A DNA stretch of 64,000 bases from a virus. Position numbers and translations under genes: made by a program. The number at the start of each line of letters is the position of its first letter. Position 1 is the first letter of the stretch. This document shows, one piece after another, positions 45,712-56,212 of the stretch. Where the stretch lies: the IMG/VR virus record IMGVR_UViG_3300045988_172855. One strand, given 5' to 3'. The notes below the pieces were generated by a model that was given only the letters and a program-made list of their open reading frames with translations, searched no databases and had not been told where the DNA came from.

Positions 45712-48700
45712 TTACCATATTGTATTTGTATAAGATATATAATAATCCACATTATAAGCAGGTTTACCCCAAGAAAGAGTCCAATTACCGTCATTATCCT
45801 GTAATAATAACGAAGGTCTTTTTAAAGAGTCGCTTTCGTTATAAGAATTCCACAAATTAACTCTATCGACAATAGAAGAAACGTTTATCCATGATGCCGT
45901 ATTTGCTTGATAAACAAATGCAAACATTCTATCAGGATTATGAGAATCTCCGTCGAATGTAAAACTATTTGTAACAGCAAATGAACCTGAAACACTATTC
46001 GTCAATACGATCATTTTATCAGACGTCTTATTGAAGATAATTTCCTGTACATAAACATTTGATAATGCACTTCTAATTGCAGATGTATGAGATGTATTGA
46101 GGTAAGAAGCGTTATTTTCAATGTAATTTGTAACATTGCTTGTTATAAATTCTTTGTTACCATAATAGGAATTTAATCCTTTTGGATAAGCAATAGATGT
46201 ATTTTGAGATTTAGGAACAAAAAATATCCATTTTGTATCAAAACTAACCCAAATATTGGGTCCGAGATTTTGATTAAAAACATGATTTGAAGGAGTTTCG
46301 TAAAATGAAGATAAAGAACCTAAATGTCCACTACTATTGACATTGAAATTACCCGTAACAATTTCAAAAATATAAGAATCATTGCCTCTTAATATCAAAA
46401 GTGCTTTTTTATCAGCGAATCCTATCAATTTTATACCATAATAATCACTTGAAATATTGTCAGGAAGTACGTGAGCATTTGTAGAACATGATCCTGATAG
46501 CAATGCTACAGTATTTTCCCTTATTGCTCTTGATTCAAATGCTTTAGAGAGAACTAAACAATAGTCTGAATGATAAATATGACAAAATGCATGAGTACTT
46601 GTGTAAGTATTAAATACTCTTTTTATTGATCTTATACTTGTATCTCCGAATGATCTTGCTGATCGACCTTCGTTTACTCCTCTATATGTAATCGTATTCA
46701 CATAATAAACACTGTTTGCATGCCATGTAAAATGTTTAAATATATTCACACTATAACCATCAGATCCCTTTGAACTATAAATGCATCTTGTTTTAGAAAC
46801 CTGTGATGTTGTAAATTGCGAATAATTCCTAGTATTGCCGCCATCGGACGGATAAAAATATGTATCTATTGAAGAACTTGCATTTGAAACACTAGCTAAA
46901 AATAAACTAGAATTAACGCCAGGTGTATATGGGAAAAAGGCACAACAACTACTAGTATTTGCATTTTCCCTGCTATATCGATTATTATCTGATATACCGG
47001 TATATACTGTTCTAATAGCCCTAGCTACTTTCTTACTCGTCACAGGAGCAAACCACCCTGATGAGCTTATGTAGAGGGCATAGAGCGTGATTGATTGATC
47101 AGAGATGAAAGAAACTGCCGACCCGCTTCGATTAGGAACGGGGAAATTATTTGTTCCAGTTCCTCCCCAAGCAGTCGATCCCCCTGCTTCAGTCCAGTAA
47201 TTACCCGGTCTGATTTTTAAAACCAATTGACCACTTGCGTTAGTTGTTCCACTATAATTTACTGCACTATTATTATTTGACAGTTTTACGATACAACTTG
47301 CAGCAACCAATGATGTATTATCACTTCTCTTTACATTGATAGTTAAATTCATTTCAGAAGGTACTAATTTCAATGTAAAATTAGTTGTGTTCGCGTTAGT
47401 TGTGTTCAGTATATCGTATCTTGATGCACTAATGATATATCTATTAGTTAATCCTGAAACATATACAGTCGTTTGTCCATTTGAATTTGTAGTTAAATTC
47501 TGTGCTGATGCTGACGTAGCGTTACTACCATCTATACCATATACAGTAACAGTTGCTCCGCTAACATTTGCATTTGTCAAACTATTCTGAACCGTTAATG
47601 TTAAAGCCTTAATAGCTGTAAAATATTTTATTCCCGTTACATTGCTAAAATTATATGTAGGAGTGACATTATACATCGTATGAGTTGTCGTTGTACCTGT
47701 TACGAAATAAGCATTTGAAGCTCCCATTGTCGTATTCAAACCAGCTATAAACGTATAATTTGCAATAACATAATTTGAATTATGATCAATTCCTAATGTT
47801 ACAGTGGTAGCTACACCTGCAGTTGTATAAACCGGTTTAAATAAATTTACACCACCTGCTTTTAAATAAAAATCTCTTGATCCTTGAGTAGGTACTCTGA
47901 AATACCATATCAAAATAACATTCTTAGTCAATCGAACAGCACTTTTTTGAATAGAAGCTGTTGGCATTGTAATATCTACAGACTGCGCTCCCCAATAAGA
48001 AGTTCCTCCACCCCAACTCAAAGTATAAGTTCCTTGAATCATCGGACCAAACGAAACTTGACCGGAAGAGTTGGTGTTGCCACTAAATGTAATTGACGTC
48101 TTGTTTTTATTAGTGAGTTTTACAGGACAACCATTTGCATTTCCTTTATCTGCACCTTGATAATTATCTTTAATTGTTATTGTAATCGAAGAAGAAGTTT
48201 CACTTAAAGTTACATTCCAAGGAGAGGCTTGAGTAGCTGGAATCGATCCTGATGCTGTGTTATACAAACTCTTAGAAAAGCTGTAACTATAATTAGGAGT
48301 TCGTCCTCCTCTATAAACCGTAGCGTTACCACTACCATCTGTAGTTACAGTTTGTCCAAATAATGTTGCACTTACGCCACTTATATTCCATCCATAATTA
48401 GAACTCTTCACATTTGCAACGAATTGCGTTTTAGACGTCATTGTCATTGTCCACGATTCACCTTCTCTTGTCCAAACGTGAGTTTGCGTTCCGTTACTAT
48501 AATATCCGGCGTTAGCTTTTGGAGTGTAAGAGTACGTCAATCCTGCATAAACTGTATTTGATTTTCTACCACTTCCATCTAATGTTAACTCAGTTACAGC
48601 TCCTAATACAGTTCTATTTACAATTGAATTTAAAAATGCCCCTGTATAAGTTCCTAACTTTTCCATTACAGTTAGTGTTACTGTAACAGTTGTTCTCGTA

Positions 48701-51700
48701 AATGTTATATTATAAGGAGTAGATTGTCCGTGAGTTACAGTTCCGATGTAAGCATTAAAATAAGTTGCACTACCATTAATAGGTTTGTCTAAACCACTTC
48801 GATAAAATACTGCATTACCACTTCCATCTGTAGTCTTCGTCTGATTAAAATATGTCAATGAAGCTCCGCTAATATTTGTATTAGCAGGTACATTGCTCTT
48901 AACATTTACAGTTATTTGAGCAGAACATGCCAAAGACATATTAAACGTTTGATTAGCTGATGTATAAGTATAACTTTGACTAGGATTACTATAATAATTT
49001 GAATGATCAACTACCGCAAAAGTTGTTGGAATACCAAGATATGTTGTTACTGTAGTTGCACCATTTATATCCAATGTAATTTTAGAAGAACTTCCATTCT
49101 TCGTCATTGTTAATGATTTAGATGCATAAACGTTTGTTCCAGCTATATTCGGAATAGTTTCTACGACCTTTATTGATACAGTCGCTTGATTTCGACTCAT
49201 TACAATATTAAAAGGAGAAGTATTCGAAGGAGTAATTGTTCCACTATAATTTGCATGATATGTAACTGTCGAAGTTATCGATTTATCCAAACCACTTCGA
49301 TAAAATACTACGTTCCCATCCGCACCTGTCGTTTTCGTCTGATTAAAATATGTAACAGATGCGTTAGATAGATTAGCTGAAGGAGCATTACTCTTAACAT
49401 TTACAGTTATTTGAGCAGAACATGTAAGTGTCATATTCCAATTCTCATTGACTGTATTAAACGTATGTACTTGAGTTGAATTATTATAAAAATTAGCATT
49501 ATCTACAACAGTAAATGTCATTTCTGTCCCCAAATAACCGTTGAAAGTTGCGTTTCCTGAAGAGTCAAGAGTTAAAGTTCCCTTTGCACTGCCTGCAGAC
49601 CAATTTATTTTTTTAGAAGCGTAATTCCAGGTTCCTGTTACTCCTGGAATAGATTCTACAACATGAATTTTTACCGGATTGGCTGCACGAGTCAAAATTA
49701 CCTTTATAGGAGAGACCTGATCACTTGTAATTAAACCTGAATAAGATTCTAGAAAATCTGCTGATACAGATATATTCCGATTCAATCCACTTCGATAAAA
49801 TGTCGCATTTCCATCTGTATTCGTCGTCTTAGTTTGATTGAAGTATGTAACAGATGCGTTAGGTAAAGGTTCTCCAGCTGGAACATTAGCTTCTACATGA
49901 ACAACTAAAGTTGTAGAACACGTTAAGATCATTGTCCACGATTCACCTATTGTAGCAAACGTGTGACTTTGACTAGAATTACTGTAATAATTAGGATGGT
50001 CGATTACTGCAAAAGTTGTCGGAATCCCTAAATAACATTTAAATGATATTGCACCATCATCATTTAATGTCAACGTTCCGTTCCCGGCTGCATTCGTATA
50101 CGTGATCTGCTTGTTTGCATAATTTAAATTACCTTCAATGTTAGGAATCGCTTCTTTAACATTAATCGTTACTGACTGCAACTCTCTAAACAATTTGATT
50201 GCTATAGGAGATGAGTTTGTTGCTTCGATATTTCCGGTAGTTGTTCTATAATCATCTTTTGTTACAGAATAATCTTTTGTTAAAGCTGATCGATAAAATA
50301 CTGCATTACCACTACTATCTGTGGTTTTTGTTTGTAAATTATATTGTATATTTGCACCAGAGATATTAACGTTTGAATAAGTATCTTTAACGTTTAATGT
50401 AATCTGTGCAGTTACATTCAAATTCATATTCCATACAAAACCATCTTCTGTCCACGTATACGACTGCGTAGGATTGGAATAAAAATTCGCATAATCATCG
50501 ACTGTAAATGTATATTCTAATCCTTTGATCAATGTCATAACTGCAGTACCATTTTCGTCAAGGCTTATGGTAATTTCACCTGCCTTTGAATTCATCGTCA
50601 AAGTTTTATTTGACAATGCAGCAAATACTGAACTTGATCCGTATAGCTCTCGAACCTCAATCTGAGCATTAATTAACTCATATTGAACCTCTACTTCGAG
50701 TTCTGTTCCTGCTTCTGTTTGCGGATGATCAAAAACTCCTGTCGTAACTTCACCAGCTAATACAGAATATTGATATGTACCCGTCAAAACATTCGGAATA
50801 TTAGCTACACCATCGATATCTGTCGTTCCTTCGTAAACTAAAGATTCGTCTTTAGTATTCGTGATTCGCACTATTATATTTTCAGGAGGCAAAATTCCAC
50901 CAGTAGAAACTGTAAATTTTACCGGATAGCTTTTTGCTTCTAAAGTAAATTCTAATTTCGTTTCTTGTCCTGTTGGCGTTAGCGATCCTGTAAGATCGTT
51001 GTAATATTGTTTTCGGATTGTATAATTCATTGACACAGGAGACAAATAAATATAAGCAATACCTGCATTATTCGTCTCTTGTATTTGATCAACTGACATT
51101 CCTGTAAACGTAACTTGCGCTCTTTCTAAATCTCCATATAAATCACTTGAAACGTGAACAGGAATTCGTTTAGAACATGTATAAGTTAGAGTTATGTTTT
51201 GAGTTGCTCCATTAGAATAATCTAAAGTAAACGGATCTCCTTCTCCTTCGTAAAAACCAACCGGTTGAATCGCAAATCGCTCAGGTAATCCAGCGTAAAC
51301 CGTTTTTGTTACCTGTCCATTTGCATTTGTAGTTAGATTGCTTCCTGAAGAAGTATTTTTTTCAACATAAAACGGTGACAAAACCAATCCCGCTTTTACA
51401 GGATTAGCTGTCGAAGAAATTAACGGAAGAATTTCTTTAATGGTTGCAGTTACAGAAATCGTTCTTCTTACTGCAACCATTTCAACAGGATTATCTAAAG
51501 GAAGATAAATATCTTTAGTTGCAATATCGTAATTATTATTTGCACTACCAATTGTAATTCTATATTCTCCTGGCGGGATATTGAATTGTCCGTTTCCTGA
51601 CGAATTAAAATCTCCATTATCGTCTGTTGTACCTGTAAAAGTGTATTGTTGAGAAGTTGTTCCTCCCCACAAACTAGTTACACTTACAGAACAGTTGTTT

Positions 51701-54700
51701 GCAGAATGTTCGTAAGGAACAGTTGTTAAAACGGATAATTCGAAATTAATTTGACTATACTGAAAAATCAAATCCAAATAATTATTCTGTAAAGGCGGTG
51801 TAAATCGACCACTTAATACTGTATGATCTGCTACTTTTGCAGAATAATTCATTGTTACGGGAGAAATATATATACGAGCAATTCCATTTTCATTTGTAAT
51901 AACAGTTTGATCTAAACTCATTCCCGTCACTGAAACGTCTGCATCAGAAAGCGGTCTCAAAGTATTTGCTTGTTTCGCTCTTAACTCAAGTTGTTTTGAT
52001 GCAATAATTCCCATTTCAACAGTAGGATTGTTTATAAAATCCCAAGTTGAAATAAATAATCCATCGTTTTCATAAAATCCTGATTCAGCTACCGTCAATT
52101 CGTATTGAACTCCTGGCATTACAACGACATTGACTATTCCATTTGAATTCGTTGTATATTGTTTAACTGTATTATCGCGAGTACTCTTGACGTTAATCTT
52201 TAAACCTTCCTTTACAGGCAAGTAATTAATTGATCTCTTTTGATCAACTTGAATACTAGCTGTTATTTGATTGTCACCTGTAGTAACTGTTACATCAATT
52301 GCTGCACTTCTCGGTGTCACATCTCTTGTTTCAGGATTTACTTCTACAGTTGCTTGTGAGCCGTCAAGTGTAATGAATGTCTCAGCCGGAACGGTATTGT
52401 AATTTAATCTAGCTCCTCCATAAATAAAATCGTATGGCTCATCTACTCCACCTTCTTTTAATCTTCGAAAAGTTCTAACATAATCATTTAAATCAAATTC
52501 AGCACCTGAATTAGGAATTATAAGGTTTGTAGGAACATTTGCTATATAAATATATTCGTCTGTACCGGCGACTTCAATTGTATTAGAACCTGATGACCTT
52601 ACTGTAGTCGCATCACCACTTAAATTAGGAATATTTTCTGTAACGAGAACGCTGTTAGTGATCTCCTTTCTTTTCATAATAAAAGGAACTTCTTGATCTT
52701 TTAATTTCTCAAGAGTAATATTACTTGTTACAGGAAGATAGAAATTATGTGTTGCTCTCCAAGAATAATTACCTGCCTCTGCTGCCAAATCGAGAACACC
52801 GATAGCATTAGTCGTACCACTATCTACAATTAAACCAGTTCCAACATTCGTCAACTCAATCAAAACATCTTTAATCGGATTACCTGTTAGCTCATCTGTT
52901 GCTGTATATGTAATTACAGTATCTCTCAGTTCAATATAGACTGTTAATACGACATCCTGATCTTTGATTTCAACTTCACCTGTATATTTTTTATAATTTC
53001 TCGCATTAATAATAAATGTATATGTCCCGTTTCCTAATGTAATATTGGCTACACCATTCACATTCGTAACCGTAGTTATATCTTCACAAACAACTTCTGC
53101 ACCTTGAATATAGTTACCATTTTCAATGTCTCTGACAATCAATCTGAATGTATAAAATGCTTTTTCCAAAGAAATTATCTTCGAAATCGGTGCATCTTCG
53201 ACAACGAGAAAATCTGAATAAGACATGTATCCGCTCTTAAATACAGTATATTCAAACGTTCCATTTGGTAAACTAATAATAGCAACACCTTGATCGTCAG
53301 CAAGATAAGTACTATCGTTTATCTTAATTGTTGCACCGGATATAGGTCTTCCATATTCAGCATCAAGAATTGTAAATTTCACCTCATAAGGAATAGCAAC
53401 CATTTCTATAACAACACAATTAGGATCTTCACCTTGAACAACGATATTTTTTTTGTATTGTTGATATCCCTCTTTATCGACTTTTACTTCGTACTCACCA
53501 ACTTGAAGACCTAATTCAGCTTGTCCTTCTATATCTGTCAATTTACTTTGATCGATAACCTGAATATTTGCTTCAGGAACATATACACTACGCTCTCTAT
53601 CGACTACAGCAAAGTAAACCGGTAAAGTCTCTAAAAACATTCTTTCTATAATCTCAACCGGTTGATTCTCGATAGTGAGAATACTTTCTATCGTCTTAAA
53701 TCCAGCTTTAGAAATTGTATATGTATAAGTTCCTGGCTCTAATTGAATTGAAGCTTGACCTTCGTTATTCGTAAGTAAATTAGATGTACTAATTTGAATA
53801 GACGCTTCGGCTAAAGGAGCATTACCTTCGTAAACTGTAAATGATACCAAATACGGAGTTGCTGTAAAATCGTTTATAGTAATATAAATCGGTCCATTCA
53901 AAACAACAAATTCTCCTGTTTTTTGATCCCAATTTGCTTTATTTAAAGTATATTGATATTCACCATTTTCCAATAACACATTTGCTGTTCCGTTAGCATC
54001 TGTAGCAATAACTTTATTACCGATTGTAATATATGCATTTGGAACAGGAGTGTTCTTTGTATTTGTTACTGTAAATGATACAAGATATTTCTGCGACGCA
54101 ATTGTTGTTTGAGAACCTTTATAAATATCAGATTCTCCTGCTGGATAAAAAATGTTAGATAGATTTGATCCTGAATCATAAAGAATATTTCCTTCAAGAT
54201 CTCTCATTCTAAATCCTTTGATTCTTGGTAACATATTCAAAGGAACTTCTTCATCGTAATATGGGAAAAAATATTCATCAGGAACATACTTCACACCTTC
54301 TGAACTTTTAACTACTTGCAACAAATCGTCCCACTGAACAGTTTTTCCTGCATCCCAAAAACGGAAATCGAGATATTTAGTCATTGCAATTTGAATATTC
54401 TTTCTTACTGTTGCAATATCTGTATCAGAAGAAAGTTCAACTCTAAAATCAACACCATTATTCCCGCCTACAAACATCCATTTGGCGTTCTCTAATACTA
54501 CACCAACCGCTTCACCTTGTAAATTTAATTCGGTTAATCCAAAATAAGGAGTTGCCTTTTGTAATAATGTTTCTAATTCATCATCGGTAAAAAAAGATCC
54601 GTTTTGAGTAACAAGATAGATGTGTGTTTTACCATCTTCTCCTAAACCGACATTCATCACCTTCAATATTCTTGGGTCTAAATCTTGAAAAATCTGAGTC

Positions 54701-55302
54701 CAAGATTCCATTGTCTCTTCAGACAATTTATTATTGTAATTAATGATTCGATTTCTAAATGTTACATCGTCTTCGTAATCACGACCACCAATCGCAGCGT
54801 ATTCGTTGATACATTCGATATGAGTCAATGGACGAGGACTGACTTGTACGATACTATTTGCCTCTACATTTGTTGCTGAGCCTGTTATAGTACTTCTTAC
54901 ACTAACGTAACCGTATCCTGAATTATCAACAGTATAAGGTTTATCTACAACAAAACGTATACCATTTTTTGCTAAAAAAGTTGTTCCAACTTCATATTGA
55001 GTTCCAGGTTCAGCAGAAACTCTAACATAAGTAGATGATCCTAACGCCTGCTTTCTAGGACTTACTCCATACAATGCAGCGGCTTTATCTAAATATTCCC
55101 CTGTTGCTGAAGTAGGAAATATCTGTGCTTCTACAATCGCAATATCTTTAATAGCTTTTTGAGCTACTTTAGCTGTACCAAAAGCCATTGCGTTTAAAAC
55201 TGACCCGTCTGCAATATTAGAGACTTTGTCAGTTTTATTCAAAAACATTTCAACCCATAAATTTTTTAAGTTTGAAATTGTATTATTTACTTTTGTAATC
55301 AT
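45712..55302 (-). CDS. giant (3196 aa) baseplate-J-like / tail-fibre fusion protein
   Basis: The N-terminal ~390 aa are baseplate J/gp6-like (AAIGGRDYEDDVTFRNRI, compare GG.D.E.D..LR.R). These are followed by many ~90-aa beta-sandwich repeats, five 165-aa tandem units, and a C-terminal domain after the IR-encoded 22 aa (aa 2736-2757). Confidence 0.75.
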   Translation of the reverse strand: MITKVNNTISNLKNLWVEMFLNKTDKVSNIADGSVLNAMAFGTAKVAQKAIKDIAIVEAQIFPTSATGEYLDKAAALYGVSPRKQALGSSTYVRVSAEPGTQYEVGTTFLAKNGIRFVVDKPYTVDNSGYGYVSVRSTITGSATNVEANSIVQVSPRPLTHIECINEYAAIGGRDYEDDVTFRNRIINYNNKLSEETMESWTQIFQDLDPRILKVMNVGLGEDGKTHIYLVTQNGSFFTDDELETLLQKATPYFGLTELNLQGEAVGVVLENAKWMFVGGNNGVDFRVELSSDTDIATVRKNIQIAMTKYLDFRFWDAGKTVQWDDLLQVVKSSEGVKYVPDEYFFPYYDEEVPLNMLPRIKGFRMRDLEGNILYDSGSNLSNIFYPAGESDIYKGSQTTIASQKYLVSFTVTNTKNTPVPNAYITIGNKVIATDANGTANVLLENGEYQYTLNKANWDQKTGEFVVLNGPIYITINDFTATPYLVSFTVYEGNAPLAEASIQISTSNLLTNNEGQASIQLEPGTYTYTISKAGFKTIESILTIENQPVEIIERMFLETLPVYFAVVDRERSVYVPEANIQVIDQSKLTDIEGQAELGLQVGEYEVKVDKEGYQQYKKNIVVQGEDPNCVVIEMVAIPYEVKFTILDAEYGRPISGATIKINDSTYLADDQGVAIISLPNGTFEYTVFKSGYMSYSDFLVVEDAPISKIISLEKAFYTFRLIVRDIENGNYIQGAEVVCEDITTVTNVNGVANITLGNGTYTFIINARNYKKYTGEVEIKDQDVVLTVYIELRDTVITYTATDELTGNPIKDVLIELTNVGTGLIVDSGTTNAIGVLDLAAEAGNYSWRATHNFYLPVTSNITLEKLKDQEVPFIMKRKEITNSVLVTENIPNLSGDATTVRSSGSNTIEVAGTDEYIYIANVPTNLIIPNSGAEFDLNDYVRTFRRLKEGGVDEPYDFIYGGARLNYNTVPAETFITLDGSQATVEVNPETRDVTPRSAAIDVTVTTGDNQITASIQVDQKRSINYLPVKEGLKINVKSTRDNTVKQYTTNSNGIVNVVVMPGVQYELTVAESGFYENDGLFISTWDFINNPTVEMGIIASKQLELRAKQANTLRPLSDADVSVTGMSLDQTVITNENGIARIYISPVTMNYSAKVADHTVLSGRFTPPLQNNYLDLIFQYSQINFELSVLTTVPYEHSANNCSVSVTSLWGGTTSQQYTFTGTTDDNGDFNSSGNGQFNIPPGEYRITIGSANNNYDIATKDIYLPLDNPVEMVAVRRTISVTATIKEILPLISSTANPVKAGLVLSPFYVEKNTSSGSNLTTNANGQVTKTVYAGLPERFAIQPVGFYEGEGDPFTLDYSNGATQNITLTYTCSKRIPVHVSSDLYGDLERAQVTFTGMSVDQIQETNNAGIAYIYLSPVSMNYTIRKQYYNDLTGSLTPTGQETKLEFTLEAKSYPVKFTVSTGGILPPENIIVRITNTKDESLVYEGTTDIDGVANIPNVLTGTYQYSVLAGEVTTGVFDHPQTEAGTELEVEVQYELINAQIEVRELYGSSSVFAALSNKTLTMNSKAGEITISLDENGTAVMTLIKGLEYTFTVDDYANFYSNPTQSYTWTEDGFVWNMNLNVTAQITLNVKDTYSNVNISGANIQYNLQTKTTDSSGNAVFYRSALTKDYSVTKDDYRTTTGNIEATNSSPIAIKLFRELQSVTINVKEAIPNIEGNLNYANKQITYTNAAGNGTLTLNDDGAISFKCYLGIPTTFAVIDHPNYYSNSSQSHTFATIGESWTMILTCSTTLVVHVEANVPAGEPLPNASVTYFNQTKTTNTDGNATFYRSGLNRNISVSADFLESYSGLITSDQVSPIKVILTRAANPVKIHVVESIPGVTGTWNYASKKINWSAGSAKGTLTLDSSGNATFNGYLGTEMTFTVVDNANFYNNSTQVHTFNTVNENWNMTLTCSAQITVNVKSNAPSANLSNASVTYFNQTKTTGADGNVVFYRSGLDKSITSTVTYHANYSGTITPSNTSPFNIVMSRNQATVSIKVVETIPNIAGTNVYASKSLTMTKNGSSSKITLDINGATTVTTYLGIPTTFAVVDHSNYYSNPSQSYTYTSANQTFNMSLACSAQITVNVKSNVPANTNISGASLTYFNQTKTTDGSGNAVFYRSGLDKPINGSATYFNAYIGTVTHGQSTPYNITFTRTTVTVTLTVMEKLGTYTGAFLNSIVNRTVLGAVTELTLDGSGRKSNTVYAGLTYSYTPKANAGYYSNGTQTHVWTREGESWTMTMTSKTQFVANVKSSNYGWNISGVSATLFGQTVTTDGSGNATVYRGGRTPNYSYSFSKSLYNTASGSIPATQASPWNVTLSETSSSITITIKDNYQGADKGNANGCPVKLTNKNKTSITFSGNTNSSGQVSFGPMIQGTYTLSWGGGTSYWGAQSVDITMPTASIQKSAVRLTKNVILIWYFRVPTQGSRDFYLKAGGVNLFKPVYTTAGVATTVTLGIDHNSNYVIANYTFIAGLNTTMGASNAYFVTGTTTTHTMYNVTPTYNFSNVTGIKYFTAIKALTLTVQNSLTNANVSGATVTVYGIDGSNATSASAQNLTTNSNGQTTVYVSGLTNRYIISASRYDILNTTNANTTNFTLKLVPSEMNLTINVKRSDNTSLVAASCIVKLSNNNSAVNYSGTTNASGQLVLKIRPGNYWTEAGGSTAWGGTGTNNFPVPNRSGSAVSFISDQSITLYALYISSSGWFAPVTSKKVARAIRTVYTGISDNNRYSRENANTSSCCAFFPYTPGVNSSLFLASVSNASSSIDTYFYPSDGGNTRNYSQFTTSQVSKTRCIYSSKGSDGYSVNIFKHFTWHANSVYYVNTITYRGVNEGRSARSFGDTSIRSIKRVFNTYTSTHAFCHIYHSDYCLVLSKAFESRAIRENTVALLSGSCSTNAHVLPDNISSDYYGIKLIGFADKKALLILRGNDSYIFEIVTGNFNVNSSGHLGSLSSFYETPSNHVFNQNLGPNIWVSFDTKWIFFVPKSQNTSIAYPKGLNSYYGNKEFITSNVTNYIENNASYLNTSHTSAIRSALSNVYVQEIIFNKTSDKMIVLTNSVSGSFAVTNSFTFDGDSHNPDRMFAFVYQANTASWINVSSIVDRVNLWNSYNESDSLKRPSLLLQDNDGNWTLSWGKPAYNVDYYISYTNTIW
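47032..47097. repeat. 66-bp perfect inverted repeat, right arm (IR-R)
   Basis: Exact reverse complement of 44236-44301. It starts at a codon boundary (codon 2736) of the giant fibre gene. Confidence 0.95.
48200..50660 (-). repeat. in-frame tandem repeat array, about 5 units of 495 bp (165 aa), within the giant fibre gene
   Basis: For example, the 32-mer cttaacatttacagttatttgagcagaacatg occurs at 48898-48929 and 49393-49424 (offset 495). Protein units repeat ...YLG..TTFAV.D..NYYSN..Q.HTF...W.M.L.CS.QITVNVKSN...ASVTYFNQTKTT..GNA.FYRSGL. Confidence 0.8.
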
Positions 55303-55304
55303 AC

Positions 55305-56210
55305 TTATATTGGAACATTAATTAAAAAATCTTCTTTCGTTACTGTTACAGCTCGTACTTTCATAAAGAGACTATCTTCTTTCTTTTCTAAACTCAATAA
55401 TTCTGCACTAGCCCATCGATTATCTCTTTGAAACATATTCATTAATGCTTTAAATATAATAGGATATTGAATTGCATTTACTGTTGTTCCAATGAAATCA
55501 GACGGTAAACCGTAATCTTTAAATTCCGGAATACATCCTCTTATAGACTCAAGAATTATTTTCAACGCTTGATCCATAGACGGATGATATTTCACGACAG
55601 AAAGATCGTTATTTTTAAATTCAAATGAAATATCTAGGTCCTTACCAAGGATGTTTTGATCGACTAAAGTATCAACCACATTATCTACATAATTAACTCC
55701 TACGTTCTTTAAATTAATAGCAAATGTGTTGCTACCTTGGTTCACTACATAATCTTCTTCGATAATATACTGAGGAGTAACTATATCTGTCCAATCGTCT
55801 TCAGGTGAAGAAAGTTCTAATTGATTTGCAACAGTTTCAAATGTCTCTCCTGTTCTCAATTGTCTTTCCATCTGTAAAGAATTCGTTCTTCCTATAGATG
55901 CACTTCTTAGCCATCTGTCAGAATTCTTTATAGTCATAAGTTTCGTTTCTATCTCAGTAAAGTTATCAAGAATATCCCACATTGAAATGTCGTTTAAAGT
56001 GTTTTCATGCAATCTAAACAACGGTTCTATAGTATTTATCTGAGCAATCATTTTATCTAATTGATAAAACGAATCTGCATCGATTTCTCCTCCTTGATAA
56101 TAATCGACTATATAAGGATAATTATTATTACAGAAATCCACATACGACTGGAAAAACGCCTTTATGTCGTAACCTGTCACTGTTTTAAATTTTTCAAACA
56201 TATCTTCCAT
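55305..56210 (-). CDS. putative baseplate component (by position)
   Basis: ORF immediately upstream of the J-like gene. ATG at 56208-56210 (the track start is GTG). No motif recognised. Confidence 0.45.
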   Translation of the reverse strand: MEDMFEKFKTVTGYDIKAFFQSYVDFCNNNYPYIVDYYQGGEIDADSFYQLDKMIAQINTIEPLFRLHENTLNDISMWDILDNFTEIETKLMTIKNSDRWLRSASIGRTNSLQMERQLRTGETFETVANQLELSSPEDDWTDIVTPQYIIEEDYVVNQGSNTFAINLKNVGVNYVDNVVDTLVDQNILGKDLDISFEFKNNDLSVVKYHPSMDQALKIILESIRGCIPEFKDYGLPSDFIGTTVNAIQYPIIFKALMNMFQRDNRWASAELLSLEKKEDSLFMKVRAVTVTKEDFLINVPI

Positions 56211-56212
56211 AA

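Noticed and set aside
44236-47097. Diversity-generating retroelement (template/variable repeat pair) as the explanation for the two related fibre tails.
   Set aside because: The shared block is a perfect inverted repeat with no adenine-specific mismatches. The homologous regions beyond it differ at all base types and in length. No reverse transcriptase is recognisable in the window.
48200-50660. CRISPR-like or satellite array suggested by regularly spaced near-identical segments.
   Set aside because: The period is 495 bp. The whole array is a continuous open reading frame whose units translate to homologous 165-aa protein domains. There is no short repeat/spacer structure.
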